From IMG/VR virus record IMGVR_UViG_3300032232_001689, positions 1 through 39,685 of that record: 39,685 bases of DNA; one strand, 5' to 3'. A program made the translations under genes and the position numbers. This document shows positions 38,264 to 39,685 of this stretch, in pieces. Position 1 is the first letter of the stretch; every line of letters begins with the position of its first letter. A model generated the notes under the pieces. It searched no databases and was not told the origin of the DNA. It worked only from the letters and a program-made list of their open reading frames with translations. Source of the stretch: a virus (lineage: Duplodnaviria > Caudoviricetes).

Positions 38264-38430
38264 GGGAAATTTTTCTGCGAGAATTTTTTTTATATCAAGT
38301 TATCGTAGGGAAAAGCGGGGGGGAGTGGCACCGTGCTGACTGATACTGAATGATACTGATCGTGTGGAGGTGCTACGCCCGAGGAGGGCAGCTGTAGCTT
38401 GACCATAACTGCCACAGGGGGAGGGCGGGG

Positions 38431-38529
38431 TCAATTCTCGGCTATATGGACAATTGCGAAGGCCAAGAACATGCCACCCAAGAGAGCGAAGAACGGCGAG
38501 AAGACGATGAACGTTTCGTAGCTTGACAT
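38431..38529 (-). CDS. 32-aa single-TM microprotein (not in the ORF track)
   Basis: GGAG SD; MSSYETFIVFSPFFALLGGMFLAFAIVHIAEN*. Confidence 0.65.
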   Translation of the reverse strand: MSSYETFIVFSPFFALLGGMFLAFAIVHIAEN

Positions 38530-38550
38530 TAAAAGCTCCATATAGTAGAA

Positions 38551-38661
38551 TCAGAGTTCTTCGGTGATCCGCTTCACTGCATACTTCGCACCCATATTCA
38601 CACCGATAGCGAAGCAGACAAAGCCGAACACGAGAGCAGAAAAGAGATAAGCGAGTTCCAT
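38551..38661 (-). CDS. 36-aa single-TM microprotein
   Basis: Start reassigned to MELAYLFSALVFGFVCFAIG after AAGGAG, downstream of the promoter. Confidence 0.7.
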   Translation of the reverse strand: MELAYLFSALVFGFVCFAIGVNMGAKYAVKRITEEL

Positions 38662-38689
38662 AGCACAGCTCCTTTTCAACTTATAACCT

Positions 38690-38718
38690 ATTCTACCGTG
38701 TGAGTGTTTTAAAAGCAA
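38690..38718 (-). promoter_or_regulatory. Early sigma70-type promoter TTGCTT-17-TAGAAT
   Basis: Near-duplicate of 39410-39438 (GCTTGCTTTTAAAA...ACACGGTAGAATA...TTGAAA.GGAG). Confidence 0.82.
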
Positions 38719-38819
38719 GCGGAAAAATGCTCGATACAATTGGGTCTGATTACCCCACTCAGTTGGCAACTACCAACTCCTTCGGAACAGCCGTATCGTT
38801 GGCCGACGAGTGAATGCGC

Positions 38820-38848
38820 TTGCCTTTAAAGCTCTGTTGTAGTATACT
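38820..38848 (+). promoter_or_regulatory. Same-family promoter on the opposite strand, TTGCCT-17-TATACT
   Basis: TTGCCTTTAAAGCTCTGTTGTAGTATACT; points antisense into 38848..39378. Confidence 0.65.
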
Positions 38849-39378
38849 TAGACTAGTGCCTTGACCTGTGCCTTAGAGAGGAACTTCGGAGCTTGGAACG
38901 ACTCGAGCGAATCAATCAGCCCAGAAACCTCAGCACGAGCCGAGTCAGAGTCAAAGTCAGCTACACCAGGACCTTCCGGACGAGCAACGTTGGCGTAGAC
39001 TTTTCGGCTAGAAACAGCCTTCAGCCGAGCCAGATTTGCCTGCTTGATTTTAGCAAGCTCGGAGTCAGGTAACAGAGACTCTGCTTTGACTTCCTTGGAC
39101 TTGGGCTTTGCCTTAGCAAAAACCTCAGCGGCCATGCGCTTCACAGTCCGGACTTTTGCCTTCTCAATAGCAACCGACTTGACCGGAGCCTTGACTGACT
39201 TAGCACCAGTCAGCGCCAGCGTAGGATCAGCTTTGACCCGCAGGCGGTAGCAAGCGTATGCGTTCTTTTCGCTCAGTTCGCACTGGGACATAATCAGAGG
39301 AATAACGTCAGCCAGCGAGCGAGTAGCGTTGGCCTTCAGCACTTCGATGGCAATCTGGGTCTTGGAAAGCTTAGACAT
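38848..39378 (-). CDS. Lys/Ala-rich basic early protein, possibly DNA-binding
   Basis: GGAG SD, its own promoter, K/A-rich low-complexity middle. Confidence 0.75.
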   Translation of the reverse strand: MSKLSKTQIAIEVLKANATRSLADVIPLIMSQCELSEKNAYACYRLRVKADPTLALTGAKSVKAPVKSVAIEKAKVRTVKRMAAEVFAKAKPKSKEVKAESLLPDSELAKIKQANLARLKAVSSRKVYANVARPEGPGVADFDSDSARAEVSGLIDSLESFQAPKFLSKAQVKALV

Positions 39379-39409
39379 TTTTCAGTTCTCCGTTTCAAGT
39401 TACAAGATT

Positions 39410-39438
39410 ATTCTACCGTGTTACGCTTTTAAAAGCAA
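39410..39438 (-). promoter_or_regulatory. Early sigma70-type promoter TTGCTT-17-TAGAAT
   Basis: TTGCTTTTAAAAGCGTAACACGGTAGAAT, intergenic. Confidence 0.82.
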
Positions 39439-39448
39439 GCCCTAAAAA

Positions 39449-39673
39449 TCAAAGCTCGCTTAAGCAGAACAATTGGCCGCCATACTCGTCCTCGGCGTGT
39501 ATTATATTAACCGTTTCGCCGTCGACTACTATTGTGAAGTCTCCGTTGTATCCTATAACTGGATCGTCGCTTTCGCAGCCAGAAAACGCAAACCAGTCAG
39601 CCTCTGTAAAAGGACTAAACTGAGTCTTAGCAATAAGGGATAAAGCCTCGGTCATGCTGAGTTTGGTTTCCAT
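39449..39673 (-). CDS. Hypothetical acidic early protein
   Basis: GGAGA SD at the window edge; intact ORF. Confidence 0.7.
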   Translation of the reverse strand: METKLSMTEALSLIAKTQFSPFTEADWFAFSGCESDDPVIGYNGDFTIVVDGETVNIIHAEDEYGGQLFCLSEL

Positions 39674-39685
39674 GATCGTTTCTCC

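Noticed and set aside
37304-39438. TTGCTT as a T4 MotA box or TTAA as a CtrA site
   Set aside because: Spacing fits a plain -35/17/-10 promoter; no TTAA-N7-TTAA pair; MotA box match is imperfect.
1-39685. Stop-codon reassignment explaining the split genes
   Set aside because: TAA, TAG and TGA all end well-defined genes; the gp5 and DUF4815 splits use TAA followed by an SD or coupled start.

Overview
The window is part of a T4-like myophage genome (cyanophage/HTVC008M/phiM12-style gene set), most likely infecting an alphaproteobacterium. Positions 1-27.8 kb (minus strand) hold an AT-rich late operon of tail-fibre and baseplate genes: fibres, a split DUF4815-like protein, gp8, an SGNH esterase, gp9/10-like, gp7, gp6, gp25, PAAR, a gp5 split into three genes, a hub protein, gp53 and gp48. 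Positions 27.9-32.4 kb (plus strand) hold gp4, gp2, gp54, gp26, a start-less gp51-like frame reachable by a -1 slip, and a tape-measure-like protein with two peptidoglycan hydrolase domains. Positions 32.4-39.7 kb (minus strand, higher GC) hold gp32, gp59, gp33, an RNA cluster and early genes behind a family of sigma70-type promoters. The RNA cluster contains a circularly permuted two-piece tmRNA, tRNA-Arg(UCU) and a structurally aberrant UAU-anticodon tRNA. Most interesting: the phage translation kit matched to late-gene codons, the lambda G/GT-like frameshift candidate before the tape-measure-like gene, the tripartite gp5, and dense N-x-S/T sequons in virion proteins. All protein assignments come from recalled motifs and synteny, not database searches.
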